A model generated the notes under the pieces. It was not told the DNA's origin. It saw only the letters and a program-made list of their open reading frames with translations, and did no database searches. From Clostridia bacterium (GTDB taxonomy: Bacteria; Bacillota; Clostridia; Lachnospirales; JAOARL01), in assembly GCA_025210555.1 (NCBI GenBank), contig JAOARL010000020.1:72883-136882 (forward strand): a stretch of DNA of 64,000 bases, read 5' to 3'. The translations under genes were made by a program, and so were the position numbers. Each line of letters starts with the position of its first letter. The stretch's first letter is position 1. Shown one piece after another: positions 24,987 through 35,729 of this stretch.

Positions 24987-27900
24987 ATGAATAAGACACT
25001 TGAAATATTAGATGGAAATAAGAAATATATAGAACTTATAGATAAACTAGATAAAAAGCCCTTGGTTATGGGGCTTACAGATTCTCAAAAAATTCATTTT
25101 GCAAAGTGGATAAGTGAAAAGACAGGTAAGTCATTATTGATAATAACTAACAATGACTATAGAGCTCAAGAAGTAGTGGAAGATATGAAGTATTTTGAAA
25201 ATACCGACTTGAGTTATTTTCCTGCTAAAAACTTATTGTTTTTTATAGCTGATGCTAGTAGTAAAAATGTACTTAATAAAAGAGCTGAAGTCCTGAAAAA
25301 GCTAGTCGCAAACAAACCAGTTACAGTAGTTATGTCAGTAGAATCTTTAATGGAAAAAATGTTAAGAAAAGAAGACTATGAAAAAGCTATAGTAGAGATA
25401 AAATTAGGAGATACATATGAACTCGACGTATTGATAGATAATATAAATTTATTAGGATATGAAAGAGTTGATGCTGTTGAGGCAAGAGGACAATATAGTG
25501 TTAAAGGTGGAGTTTTAGATATTTATTCTTTAGGACAAGAACATCCTACAAGAATTGAATTTTGGGATGATGAAGTTGATTCTATAAGATATTTTGATTT
25601 AGATACTCAAAGATCATTAGAAAAACTAGAGAAGTCTAAAATAATTCCAGCTAAAGAGTTTTTTATTGAAAATGCCAGCACAGATAAATTAAGAGAAGAT
25701 TTCGAAAGTCAAAAGAGTTTGCTTAAAACAAAAGGGCTAGAAGAATCAGCAGAAAACTTAGAAGGTAAATTTGAGAGATTGATAGATTGTATTGAGAACA
25801 AACAAAAAATAGATCATCCTGAAGCGTATATAAATTATTTATATGAGAATCCAAGTAATATATTAGATTATTTTGGTGAAGATTATATAATATGTATTGA
25901 TGAACCTATTAAACTTGAAAGAAAGTATCATGCGTCATATAAAGAGTTTGAAGACTCGATTAAGTTAAGAATTGAAAGAGGAACCATGCTTCCGATGCAA
26001 AGTAATATGATATTTTCTTATGAAGAAATAATGAGTAAACTTAACAAGAGAGAAAATGTTAAATTTGCAATGCTTGATGAAGGAATAAAGACAGGCTTTA
26101 AGCTAGATGTAAAAAGTAAATCTATAATAAATTTTAATAAGCAATTTGATATTTTAGAAGAAGAGTTAAAACATTATGTTAAAGAAAAATATAAGATACT
26201 TCTTCTTGCAGGTAATGAAAATAGAGGACTAAGGTTTGAGAAAGAACTTAATGATAAAAATATATTGTCAGTTTATAAAAATCATATAGAAATTCCACTT
26301 CATGAAGGAATTGTAACTATTCACCATGGGAGTTTTAAAAAAGGTTTTGAGTATGTAGATGAAAAGTTTGTAGTAATATCTGATAGAGAATTTTTTGGAG
26401 ATGAGAACAAGAAGGTAAAGAGGGCTAAATATACTGGTGGTAAAAAGATTGAAAACTTTACAGAGCTTAAGTTAAATGATTATGTTGTTCATGTTAATCA
26501 TGGAATTGGTGTTTATAGAGGAATCGAAAGAATGACAGTTAATAGCATAATAAAAGACTACCTTAAGATTGAATATGCTAAAGGTGGAGCTTTATTTATA
26601 CCAACTACGCAAATGGACAATATTCAAAAGTATATAGGATCAGAAGGTGCCGCGCCAAAGCTTACAAAATTAGGTGGAGCTGATTGGGTAAAAACAAAGG
26701 CTAAAGCAAAAGCAGCTATTGAGGATATGGCTAAAGAGTTAATAGAACTTTATGCCCAAAGGGAAAATGTTAAAGGATTTAAATATACAGATGATAGTGT
26801 TTGGCAAAAAGAGTTTGAAAGTATGTTTATTTATGATGAAACAGAGGATCAACTTTTAGCCATTGATGAAGTTAAGGAAGATATGGAATCAGAGAAAGTT
26901 ATGGATAGACTTGTTTGTGGAGATGTAGGATATGGAAAAACAGAAGTTGCAATAAGAGCTGCATTTAAGGCTGTTCAAGATAATAAGCAAGTAGCATATT
27001 TAGTTCCTACAACTATACTTGCGCAACAACATTATAATACTTTTGTAGAAAGAATGAGCAGTTTTCCGATTAACATTGAAACGGTATCAAGATTTAAAAC
27101 TAAGAAAGAACAAGAACAAATTCTTAGAAGGCTAGAACGTGGAGATGTGGATATTTTAATAGGGACTCATAGAATATTATCAAAGGATGTGAAGTATAAA
27201 GATTTAGGACTTTTAATTATTGATGAAGAGCAAAGGTTTGGAGTGGCGCAGAAAGAGAAATTGAAGCAGTTTAAAGATGAAGTAGATGCAATATCGCTTA
27301 CAGCAACACCAATACCAAGAACTTTACATATGAGTTTGTCAGGTATAAGAGATATAAGTATATTAAAACAGCCGCCTAAAGAGAGAATGCCTATACAGAC
27401 ATTTGTACTTGAAAAAGATGATTTGATAATAAAAGAGGCTATTTATAGAGAACTTGCAAGAGAAGGACAAGTTTTTTACTTGTACAATCAGGTAAAAGAT
27501 ATTGTAGAATTTGCAAATAAAGTTAATGAGTTAGTTCCAGAAGCAAGAATTGTAGTAGCTCATGGACAGATGAGTAAAAGCGAACTTGAGAAAATAATGG
27601 TTGATTTTGTTAATAAGGAATATGATGTTTTAGTATGTACAACAATAATAGAAACAGGGATAGATATTCAAAATGTTAATACCATGATAATTGAAAATGC
27701 TGATAGAATGGGATTATCTCAGCTTTATCAAATAAGAGGTAGAGTTGGAAGAAGTAATAGACTAGCATATGCATATTTAACATATAAGAAAGATAAAATA
27801 TTAAATGAAGATGCTGAAAAGAGACTTCACGCTATTAAAGAATTCACTGAGTTTGGTTCAGGGTTTAAAATAGCTATGAGGGATTTAGAAATAAGAGGAG

Positions 27901-28481
27901 CAGGAAATCTTGTAGGTAAACAGCAGCATGGACATATGGAGACTATAGGGTATGAACTCTATTGTAAATTGCTAGAAGAGGCTGTTATGCTGAAAAAGGG
28001 TATAAAAGTTAGACCGAAGTTTGAAACTAGCGTAGAAGTTGAAGTAAATGCTTATATACCAAGGGAATATATAGGTGATGAAGTGCAAAAACTTGAAATG
28101 TATAAAAAGATTTCAAATATTAGAAATGCAGAAGATTATAATGATATTTGGGAAGAAATTGAAGATAGATTTGGAACGCTTACAAAGCCTGTACAAAATT
28201 TATTAGCAGTTTCTCTTATAAAAGCCGAAGCTAATGAGATTGGAATTACAGATATTATGCAGACTGGTAATGAGATCGAATTTAAATTTTTAAAAGATGC
28301 GCCTATTGATATTGATAAGCTTAAGAAGTTTATGGATAAGTTTTCAGGTAAGATGCATCTGGAAATATCAGAGCAGCCTAAAGTTATATATAGACCGTGG
28401 GAGCTTAATAGAAAAGATATAATAGACAAAATGAAGGTTCTTGTAAAAGAGTTTAAAATGTTGAAAAAAGAAGAAAAGTAA
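24987..28481 (+). CDS. mfd: Transcription-repair coupling factor
   Basis: 1164 aa. RNAP-interaction/CarD-like segment (DYVVHVNHGIG), SF2 helicase motifs (GDVGYGKTEVA, DEEQRFG), TRG motif region. Confidence 0.95.
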   Translation: MNKTLEILDGNKKYIELIDKLDKKPLVMGLTDSQKIHFAKWISEKTGKSLLIITNNDYRAQEVVEDMKYFENTDLSYFPAKNLLFFIADASSKNVLNKRAEVLKKLVANKPVTVVMSVESLMEKMLRKEDYEKAIVEIKLGDTYELDVLIDNINLLGYERVDAVEARGQYSVKGGVLDIYSLGQEHPTRIEFWDDEVDSIRYFDLDTQRSLEKLEKSKIIPAKEFFIENASTDKLREDFESQKSLLKTKGLEESAENLEGKFERLIDCIENKQKIDHPEAYINYLYENPSNILDYFGEDYIICIDEPIKLERKYHASYKEFEDSIKLRIERGTMLPMQSNMIFSYEEIMSKLNKRENVKFAMLDEGIKTGFKLDVKSKSIINFNKQFDILEEELKHYVKEKYKILLLAGNENRGLRFEKELNDKNILSVYKNHIEIPLHEGIVTIHHGSFKKGFEYVDEKFVVISDREFFGDENKKVKRAKYTGGKKIENFTELKLNDYVVHVNHGIGVYRGIERMTVNSIIKDYLKIEYAKGGALFIPTTQMDNIQKYIGSEGAAPKLTKLGGADWVKTKAKAKAAIEDMAKELIELYAQRENVKGFKYTDDSVWQKEFESMFIYDETEDQLLAIDEVKEDMESEKVMDRLVCGDVGYGKTEVAIRAAFKAVQDNKQVAYLVPTTILAQQHYNTFVERMSSFPINIETVSRFKTKKEQEQILRRLERGDVDILIGTHRILSKDVKYKDLGLLIIDEEQRFGVAQKEKLKQFKDEVDAISLTATPIPRTLHMSLSGIRDISILKQPPKERMPIQTFVLEKDDLIIKEAIYRELAREGQVFYLYNQVKDIVEFANKVNELVPEARIVVAHGQMSKSELEKIMVDFVNKEYDVLVCTTIIETGIDIQNVNTMIIENADRMGLSQLYQIRGRVGRSNRLAYAYLTYKKDKILNEDAEKRLHAIKEFTEFGSGFKIAMRDLEIRGAGNLVGKQQHGHMETIGYELYCKLLEEAVMLKKGIKVRPKFETSVEVEVNAYIPREYIGDEVQKLEMYKKISNIRNAEDYNDIWEEIEDRFGTLTKPVQNLLAVSLIKAEANEIGITDIMQTGNEIEFKFLKDAPIDIDKLKKFMDKFSGKMHLEISEQPKVIYRPWELNRKDIIDKMKVLVKEFKMLKKEEK

Positions 28482-28519
28482 ATTATAATTTTAAAAAAGA
28501 AAGTATAGGGGGAATTAAA

Positions 28520-29659
28520 TTGAAAAAAATATTAGTATTATTTTTAGCTTTAGCTGTAATGTTTACAGGTTGTAGCAAAGCTAATAAAACAGTTTTAACA
28601 ATTGGTGATAATGAGGTGAGCCAATACGAATTTGAAACATATTTCAAAATGATGAAAGATGTTTATGAAAAAAATGGTGGATCAAATATATGGGAAGTTG
28701 AGATAGAAGGCGAAAATGCTTACGATAAAGCAAAAGATCAAACGGTTAAAGCTATATCAGAAGTTAAATATGCTATCATGAAAGTAAAAGAAGAAGAAGT
28801 AACAATAGAAAAACAAGAAGAATTAGTAGATTCAAGTTATGAAAATTTACCAGAATTCTTAAAATACAATAAAGAAACAGCAAATGTTGATGAAAAAACA
28901 CATGAAGAAATAGTTAAGAAGGTAATAAGTGAAGGTATGCTTGTTAGTGAATATATGAGAAAAATGGGTGAATCAGTTAAAGTTGATGAACCAACATATG
29001 AAATTGCTAAAAAACATGTTGATGATAAAACAGAAGAAGAAAAACAAATGGTAGAAATGGCACTTGAAAGAAGAATAGATGAAGCTAAAAAAGGCGAGTT
29101 AACAGAAGTTAAAGGAAGAAAAACAGCTAAAAAAGGTGATGTTGCAAACATTGACTATGAAGGTATATTAGATGGAATTGCATTTGAAGGTGGAACTGCT
29201 AAAGGGCATGATTTAGGTCTTGGATCAGGAACATTTATTCCAGGATTTGAAGAGCAAATTATAGGGAAAAAAGTTGGAACAAATTTTGATATTAATGTAA
29301 CTTTCCCGGAAAATTATGGACAACCTACACTAGCTGGCAAAGCAGTAATATTTAAAATAAAGTTAAATAATCTTAAATCATATGAAGTTAATAAAATAAA
29401 TGAAGAAGAAATAAAAGAAGAGTTTTATAAATATGTATATGTTGTAGATAAAGAAAATGAAGAATATAAAAATATTATGGATAGTTATAATGAAGCATTA
29501 GAAACATGGAAAAAAGAAGTAGAAATTGTTAAAGATGAAGAATATTTTGAGAATCTTAAATATGAGAAAAAAGAAGTTGAAAATGAAGAAAACAAAGAAG
29601 AAATAGTGGAAGATAATGCTGAAGAACTTAAAAATAAAGAGGAAGAAGAAACAAAATAG
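28520..29659 (+). CDS. Lipoprotein peptidyl-prolyl isomerase with a trigger-factor-type FKBP domain
   Basis: Lipobox FTGC. GDVANIDYEG.LDG..FEGG.A....L.LGSG.FIPGFEEQI.G.K.G....I.VTFPE.Y closely parallels the trigger-factor PPIase domain. TTG start. Confidence 0.75.
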   Translation: MKKILVLFLALAVMFTGCSKANKTVLTIGDNEVSQYEFETYFKMMKDVYEKNGGSNIWEVEIEGENAYDKAKDQTVKAISEVKYAIMKVKEEEVTIEKQEELVDSSYENLPEFLKYNKETANVDEKTHEEIVKKVISEGMLVSEYMRKMGESVKVDEPTYEIAKKHVDDKTEEEKQMVEMALERRIDEAKKGELTEVKGRKTAKKGDVANIDYEGILDGIAFEGGTAKGHDLGLGSGTFIPGFEEQIIGKKVGTNFDINVTFPENYGQPTLAGKAVIFKIKLNNLKSYEVNKINEEEIKEEFYKYVYVVDKENEEYKNIMDSYNEALETWKKEVEIVKDEEYFENLKYEKKEVENEENKEEIVEDNAEELKNKEEEETK

Positions 29660-29736
29660 TAAAAAAAGCTTGATTTTTGAGATACGGTATTATAAAATGT
29701 ACGAAAGAACAAATAAATAAATTTTTTTGAAATACC

Positions 29737-29765
29737 TTGACAAAAATAACGAATAGGGGTATAAA
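29737..29765 (+). promoter_or_regulatory. Strong sigma-A-type promoter for hup
   Basis: TTGACA (29737-29742), 17-nt spacer, TATAAA (29760-29765). The ~85-nt leader contains a GAAACC...GGTTTC hairpin. Confidence 0.55.
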
Positions 29766-29853
29766 TAACTTGAAACCCTTAGTCGATAGGCACTTAAAGG
29801 TACATCGGTTTCGGAAAAATTTAAAATAAAAGAATTATGGGGAGGCACTAATA

Positions 29854-30129
29854 ATGAACAAAGCTGAATTAGTAGCAGCAATGGCTGCAGAAACTGGTCT
29901 TACAAAGAAGGATGCTGAAAGAGCATTAAAAGCTTTCGAAGGAGCAGTAGCAAGTGAATTAGCTAAGAAAGGAAAAGTTCAATTAGTTGGATTTGGAACT
30001 TTCGACGTAACTGAAAGAAAAGCAAGAAAAGGAAGAAATCCTCAAACAGGAGCAGAAATTAAAATTCCTGCAAGCACTGTACCAAGATTTAAAGCTGGAA
30101 AAGCTTTAAAAGATGCAGTAAATAAGTAA
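29854..30129 (+). CDS. hup: DNA-binding protein HU
   Basis: MNKAELV...GFG.F.V.ER.AR.GRNP.TG..I.IPA...P.FKAGK.LK. Confidence 0.95.
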   Translation: MNKAELVAAMAAETGLTKKDAERALKAFEGAVASELAKKGKVQLVGFGTFDVTERKARKGRNPQTGAEIKIPASTVPRFKAGKALKDAVNK

Positions 30130-30140
30130 TTATAAATTAG

Positions 30141-30166
30141 ACCTACGCTTTTGCGTAGGTTTTTTC
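30141..30166 (+). terminator. Rho-independent terminator after hup (probably leaky, next RBS 10 nt away)
   Basis: ACCTACGC-TTTT-GCGTAGGT then TTTTT. Confidence 0.7.
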
Positions 30167-30179
30167 TTTAGGAGGAAAT

Positions 30180-30419
30180 ATGAGATTAGACAAATATTTA
30201 AAGGTATCTAGAATAATAAAAAGAAGAACTGTAGCAAAAGAAGCAGCAGATTCAGGAAGAATAAAAGTAAATGGAAAAGATGCTAAATCATCTACAAGTT
30301 TAAAAGTTGGAGATGTGTTAGAAATAAAGTTTGGTGAAGAAATTAAAAAAGTAAAGATTTTAATCATTAAAGAAACAGTAAAAAAAGAAGAAGCAGAGAA
30401 TATGTATGAAGTTTTATAA
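30180..30419 (+). CDS. yabO: S4-domain RNA-binding protein (YabO/Hsp15-like)
   Basis: [19 protein letters not shown]....GRI.VNG..AK.S S4 motif and position between hup and divIC. Confidence 0.8.
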   Translation: MRLDKYLKVSRIIKRRTVAKEAADSGRIKVNGKDAKSSTSLKVGDVLEIKFGEEIKKVKILIIKETVKKEEAENMYEVL

Positions 30420-30484
30420 AAAATATTTACATATGGCCTAAAAAGTTATAAACTAAATGTAATAAGAACTAGCAGGGTGGTTAT

Positions 30485-30772
30485 ATGAGATTGATTGGGA
30501 AGAATAAAATATTTTTAATATTAACTCTTTCACTTTTGATGTTTACATACATGAGATACACAGAAGTTAATTCTAAGATACAAGAGCAAAATGAATTACT
30601 TGTTGAATTAGAGAATAAATACGAAAATACTTCTGATGAAGAAAAGATGGTAAGACTTGAAAAAGAAGAATGTATGACAGATGAATACATTGAAGAGCTT
30701 GCTAGAAAATTAGGATATATAAAGAAAAATGAGTTTATATTTGTAGATAGTGCACAAGATGTAGTAAAATAA
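30485..30772 (+). CDS. divIC: Septum formation initiator (DivIC/FtsB family)
   Basis: Single N-terminal TM, coiled coil, C-terminal YIEELARKLGYIKKNE motif. Confidence 0.7.
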   Translation: MRLIGKNKIFLILTLSLLMFTYMRYTEVNSKIQEQNELLVELENKYENTSDEEKMVRLEKEECMTDEYIEELARKLGYIKKNEFIFVDSAQDVVK

Positions 30773-30793
30773 CCTTATAGAGGTTATTTTTTA
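30768..30793 (+). terminator. Rho-independent terminator
   Basis: ATAACCT / AGGTTAT stem, TATAG loop, T-run. Confidence 0.6.
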
Positions 30794-30814
30794 TTTGGAA
30801 AAGGTGAGATTGTA

Positions 30815-32134
30815 GTGAGGGAAAAAATTTTAAAAACAATTAAAAAATATAATATGGTAAATAAAGGTGATAATATAGTTTTAGGTGTTTCAGGCGGACC
30901 AGATTCGATGGCTATGCTTAACTTTTTCTTAACAATTAGAAAAGAGATGAATGTTAAAATAGTAGCTGTACATATAAATCATAAGTTTAGAGAAGGAACT
31001 GCGGAAAGAGATGAGCAGTTTGTTAAAGAATACTGTAGTAATAATGATGTTATATGTTATACAAAAGCATTTGATGTTTCAAAAATAGCAAAAGAGATGA
31101 AGATAACTGACGAAGAGGCCGGTAGATATGTAAGATATAGTTATTATAGAGAAGTTGCTGATAAGGAAGATTGTAATAAGATAGCTGTTGCTCATAATAG
31201 CAATGATCAAGTTGAAACTTTTTTTATGAGACTTTTTAGAGGAACTGGAATAAAAGGTTTAAGAGGTATTATGCCATCATCAAAAAATATTATTAGGCCA
31301 TTAATTGAATGTAGCAGAGAAGAAATAGAAGATTATTGTGAAAAGGAAAATGTTGAATTTGTAATAGATGAAACTAATGCTAAAAATATATACTCAAGAA
31401 ACAAGATAAGAAATATTCTTTTGCCATACTTAAAACAAAACTTTGATGAAAATATATTAAACGATGTTAATAGACTTATGGATATAATAAGAGAAGAAGA
31501 TAATTATGTTGAAGAAATTATAAATAATATATATGAAAATATAGTAAAAGAGAATGAAGTTATAAACATTGATAAATTTAATGCTCTTAGAGTTTTTGAA
31601 AAAAAGAAAATAATATATAAGTTATTAGAAGCAAAAGAAGTTTCGAAAGATGTCGGATACAAGCATATGGAGCTGATATTAGATTTTATTGCTTATAGGA
31701 AGACCGGAAAGATTATGGATTTGCCCAATAATGTAAAGTTAGCTGTAGAGTATGATGAAATTAAGCTAAGGAAAGAGCTTAAGAATATAGAGAAATTTGA
31801 ATATGACTATAAAAGCTTCATAGAGATAAAAGAATTAGGCTTAAATATATATACAGAAGAGGTTGTTAGTAAATTAGCAATTGATCTTGATAAAGTTGGA
31901 GAATTAGAAAAACTTAAAATAAGAAACAGAAGAGATGGTGACTATATTAAACTTGGTGGGACTAGAAAACTAAAGAGTTTCTTTATAAACAATAAAGTGC
32001 CAAGAGAAGAAAGGGACAGTAAAGTTTTATTAGCAAAAGGAAATGAAATTATACTTATAATTGGTGAGGTTATATCAAGTGAATATGGAGTAGATAAAAG
32101 CACAAAAAAACCTTTGACAATAAAGGTTAGATGA
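30815..32134 (+). CDS. tilS: tRNA(Ile)-lysidine synthetase
   Basis: PP-loop VSGGPDSMA. HNSNDQVETF. C-terminal R.R..GD.......KLK.FFI..KVP...R. Confidence 0.9.
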   Translation: MREKILKTIKKYNMVNKGDNIVLGVSGGPDSMAMLNFFLTIRKEMNVKIVAVHINHKFREGTAERDEQFVKEYCSNNDVICYTKAFDVSKIAKEMKITDEEAGRYVRYSYYREVADKEDCNKIAVAHNSNDQVETFFMRLFRGTGIKGLRGIMPSSKNIIRPLIECSREEIEDYCEKENVEFVIDETNAKNIYSRNKIRNILLPYLKQNFDENILNDVNRLMDIIREEDNYVEEIINNIYENIVKENEVINIDKFNALRVFEKKKIIYKLLEAKEVSKDVGYKHMELILDFIAYRKTGKIMDLPNNVKLAVEYDEIKLRKELKNIEKFEYDYKSFIEIKELGLNIYTEEVVSKLAIDLDKVGELEKLKIRNRRDGDYIKLGGTRKLKSFFINNKVPREERDSKVLLAKGNEIILIIGEVISSEYGVDKSTKKPLTIKVR

Positions 32135-32190
32135 TTGATTTTACGAGTTCGTTGTGATAACATTCATTATAGAAAAAAGGAGGAGATTAA

Positions 32191-34089
32191 GTGAAAGATA
32201 AAAGTGGATTAGGTATATGGCTTATCATATTTACCGTATTTATAGCAATATTAGTAGTTGCTCCTGAAGGTGGTGTTAAATCATCTCAAACAAAAGGGTT
32301 AACATATAAAGATATTATAACTGAATATAAAAAAGGTGATGAGGGGTTAATTGAAGAATTAACTGTTGTTACAGAGAAAGAAAGCAGAAGTGGTGTAGTA
32401 AAAGTTAAGATTAAAGCTGATGAGAAGATACAAGAAATTGTACTTCCAGATACATCGAACTTCTTAAATGAACTTAATAAATATGATGGAGAAGATATTA
32501 AAGTTAATACTAAATTAGCTGAGAATTATGATTGGGTTATTAATTTAATACCAACACTTCTAGGTATTGGACTTCTAATATTTGTATTTAGCTTCTTTAT
32601 GAGTTCATCTCAAGGTGGAAGTGGTGGCGGAAAAGTCATGAACTTCGGAAAGAGTAAAGCTAGGCTTATAGATAAGGATAAAAATAAAATAAAGTTTAAA
32701 GATGTTGCAGGGTTAGATGAAGAAAAAGAAGAAGTAACAGAAATTGTTGAATTTTTAAAGACTCCTAAGAAGTTTATGGACCTAGGTGCAAGAATACCTA
32801 AAGGATTCTTGTTAGTTGGACCTCCAGGAACAGGTAAAACTTTATTGGCTAAAGCTGTAGCAGGCGAAGCGGAAGTACCATTTTTCACAATATCAGGATC
32901 GGATTTTGTTGAAATGTTTGTTGGGGTAGGAGCTTCAAGAGTTAGAGATTTATTTACACAAGCAAAGAAAAATGCACCAAGTGTAATATTTATAGATGAA
33001 ATAGATGCAGTAGGAAGAAAAAGAGGAGCAGGTCTTGGTGGTGGACATGATGAAAGAGAACAGACACTTAACCAAATGCTTGTAGAAATGGATGGTTTTG
33101 CAGAGAACGAAGGAGTAATAGTATTAGCTGCAACAAATAGACCAGATATCCTAGATCAAGCTTTACTTAGACCAGGTAGATTTGATAGACAAATAGTTGT
33201 AGGTAGACCTGATATAAAAGGTAGAGAAGCTATATTAAAAGTGCATGCCGAAGGAAAACCTTTTGAAGATGAAGTTGATTTGTCAGAAATTGCGAAGATG
33301 ACTTCAGGATTCACAGGTGCAGATCTTGAGAATTTATTAAATGAGAGTGCCATAGAAGCTGCAAGAGCAGATCGAAAAAAGATAATTATGAATGATGTAA
33401 GAGAAGCATTTATAAAAGTCGGAATAGGAAAAGAAAAGAAGAGTAGAGTAATATCAGATAAAGAAAAGAAAGTTACAGCTTATCATGAAGCTGGTCATGC
33501 AATACTTCATGAAGTACTTAGTGAAATGGATCCAGTTCATAGCGTTTCTATTATACCTACAGGATTAGCAGGTGGATATACTATGCATATTCCTGAAGAA
33601 GATAGATTATATGTTACTAAGACTGAAATGGAACAGGAAATTGTTACTTTATTAGGTGGTAGAGCTGCTGAAAAGATTATATTTGATGATATAACAACAG
33701 GAGCATCAAATGATATACAAAGAGCAACAAGTATAGCTAGAAATATGGTTTCTAAATATGGTATGAGCGATAAGCTTGGACCAATACAATTTGGTTCAGA
33801 TAACGATGAAGTCTTCTTAGGAAGAGATTATGGACATACAAGAGTATATGGTGAAGAGGTTGCAGCTACAATAGACAATGAAATTAAAAATATTGTAGAA
33901 ACAGCTTATAAGAAAGCTATAGACTTGTTAAAAGAAAATATGGATATGCTTCATAAAATGTCTGAGACTTTATTAGATAAAGAAAAAATAACAGGTGATG
34001 AAATAGAAGCAATGTTTATTGATTTATATGGTAAAGCACCTAAAATTAGAAAAGTTATAGAAGCTGACACAGTAATAGATGAAGAATAA
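32191..34089 (+). CDS. ftsH: ATP-dependent zinc metalloprotease FtsH
   Basis: Two TM helices. Walker A GPPGTGKT, Walker B IFIDEID, SRH, HEAGH zinc motif. Confidence 0.97.
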   Translation: MKDKSGLGIWLIIFTVFIAILVVAPEGGVKSSQTKGLTYKDIITEYKKGDEGLIEELTVVTEKESRSGVVKVKIKADEKIQEIVLPDTSNFLNELNKYDGEDIKVNTKLAENYDWVINLIPTLLGIGLLIFVFSFFMSSSQGGSGGGKVMNFGKSKARLIDKDKNKIKFKDVAGLDEEKEEVTEIVEFLKTPKKFMDLGARIPKGFLLVGPPGTGKTLLAKAVAGEAEVPFFTISGSDFVEMFVGVGASRVRDLFTQAKKNAPSVIFIDEIDAVGRKRGAGLGGGHDEREQTLNQMLVEMDGFAENEGVIVLAATNRPDILDQALLRPGRFDRQIVVGRPDIKGREAILKVHAEGKPFEDEVDLSEIAKMTSGFTGADLENLLNESAIEAARADRKKIIMNDVREAFIKVGIGKEKKSRVISDKEKKVTAYHEAGHAILHEVLSEMDPVHSVSIIPTGLAGGYTMHIPEEDRLYVTKTEMEQEIVTLLGGRAAEKIIFDDITTGASNDIQRATSIARNMVSKYGMSDKLGPIQFGSDNDEVFLGRDYGHTRVYGEEVAATIDNEIKNIVETAYKKAIDLLKENMDMLHKMSETLLDKEKITGDEIEAMFIDLYGKAPKIRKVIEADTVIDEE

Positions 34090-34090
34090 T

Positions 34091-34121
34091 AAAAAGCCTC
34101 TACATATGTAGAGGCTATTTT
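34091..34121 (+). terminator. Rho-independent terminator after ftsH
   Basis: AGCCTCTACA-TA-TGTAGAGGCT perfect 10-bp stem. Short T tail. Confidence 0.65.
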
Positions 34122-34136
34122 AAAAGGGGGATATAA

Positions 34137-35291
34137 ATGAAGAAAGGTATAACTAAATTTTGGATCTATATAATTATATTTTTTGCAGTTGTTTTTGTAA
34201 TTAAATATGTTAAAGAAAATCCAAATTCTTTTGTAGGGGAAAAAGCTAGAGAAATATTAAAACAAGAAGATGAGATTGAAGAGGTTGAAATTGATTTATC
34301 ATCATTTAATAAAAAAGATAATGAAGAAGTTTCTAAAGAAGAATTAGTTAAAGAAGAAATTTTAGAAATAGATTATGAAAAAATTAAACCCAATGAACTT
34401 TTAGAAATACCAGTTATTATGTATCATGGGTTAACTGAAAAACCAAGCAAAAATGTATATAGAAGAACAATAGAGGACTTTGAAGGTGATTTAAAGTACC
34501 TATATGAGAATGATTTTAGATTAATATCTATGGAAGAATTTATAAGTGGTAAGATAGATGTAGAAGCTGGTAAACATCCTATTGTATTTACGTGGGATGA
34601 TGGATTAGATACATCATTCTCTATGGTAAGAAATGAGAATGGAGATTTAATTGTTAAGGAAAACACAGCGGTAGATATAATGAATAAATTTGCAGAAGAA
34701 TATCCAGATTTTGGTAAGGCATCTATATTTTATGTAAATGGAAATAATAATCCTTTCCAAGGGGAAGGCACTTTAGAAGAAAAGTTTAAGTATTTATTAG
34801 ATAATGGATATGAGTTAGGTAATCATACTTATACACATTGTAATTTTACAAATAAGACAAGTGAAGAAATGCAAAAAGAAATTGGTAAGGTTGAAAGCAT
34901 GCTTGCTGATAATATAGAAGGGTATGTAGGAAAAACTTTATCCCTTCCGTTTGGAAGTTCTCCTAAGAACCAGGATTTAAATAAATTTTTATTTGATGGA
35001 AAATATGAGAATACAGAGTATAATTACTTAATTGCATTTAAAGAAGGACCAAGTATTCCTAAGTTTTATCCTTATTATCATGCAAAGTATCCAAAACTTA
35101 AAGCTCCTAGATTAAGAGGAGATGATAAGAATTCTTGGGATATGGGAGATTTCTTACGAAAATATAAGCAAAATCCAAGCAGATTATATGTGTCTGATGG
35201 TAATCCAAATAGAATATCAGTGCCAGCGGGAACGGAAGATAATATAAACAAAGATAGACTTCCAGAAGGCATAGACATTTATACATATTAA
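34137..35291 (+). CDS. Membrane-anchored polysaccharide deacetylase (NodB homology domain)
   Basis: N-terminal TM. FTWDDG motif and GNHTYTH motif. Confidence 0.75.
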   Translation: MKKGITKFWIYIIIFFAVVFVIKYVKENPNSFVGEKAREILKQEDEIEEVEIDLSSFNKKDNEEVSKEELVKEEILEIDYEKIKPNELLEIPVIMYHGLTEKPSKNVYRRTIEDFEGDLKYLYENDFRLISMEEFISGKIDVEAGKHPIVFTWDDGLDTSFSMVRNENGDLIVKENTAVDIMNKFAEEYPDFGKASIFYVNGNNNPFQGEGTLEEKFKYLLDNGYELGNHTYTHCNFTNKTSEEMQKEIGKVESMLADNIEGYVGKTLSLPFGSSPKNQDLNKFLFDGKYENTEYNYLIAFKEGPSIPKFYPYYHAKYPKLKAPRLRGDDKNSWDMGDFLRKYKQNPSRLYVSDGNPNRISVPAGTEDNINKDRLPEGIDIYTY

Positions 35292-35314
35292 AGAGCTAAA
35301 AAGCTCTTTTTTTG
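35290..35314 (+). terminator. Rho-independent terminator
   Basis: AAGAGCT-AAAA-AGCTCTT then T-run. Confidence 0.75.
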
Positions 35315-35393
35315 TGCAAATTTCTATTGAAAAACAAAAAAAGCATGATATAATTGTATTTGTCGCTGCTGCGAAATAAGGGGAGAATATAAG

Positions 35394-35729
35394 ATGAATT
35401 TAGAAAGTTTAAGAAAACTATTTATAAGGGCATATAATTTAATCAGAGAGGTTTTAGTTTATAAGAAAAAAGAAACTAAGTCTGATGAAAATAACAATGG
35501 TGAGGAGCTAATGTTTTTTGATGATAATATAGAATATTTAAAGTCGATGCTTGAAGAAATTGATAAACATATAGAATCAGTTGATAAGTTAATTGAAAAA
35601 GAAGATGAGAAAATTAGAAATATAGAATACTTAGCAAATAAAATGGAAGAAGAAATAGTTTTTGATAATGTTATAGATTTGGATACAATAGAAGAGAGTA
35701 TTGTAAGCGAGGAAATAGAAGTTGCTTAG
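35394..35729 (+). CDS. Hypothetical acidic coiled-coil protein
   Basis: RBS AAGGGGAG. Glu/Ile/Lys-rich heptad-like sequence. Overlaps the next ORF by 8 nt. Confidence 0.5.
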   Translation: MNLESLRKLFIRAYNLIREVLVYKKKETKSDENNNGEELMFFDDNIEYLKSMLEEIDKHIESVDKLIEKEDEKIRNIEYLANKMEEEIVFDNVIDLDTIEESIVSEEIEVA

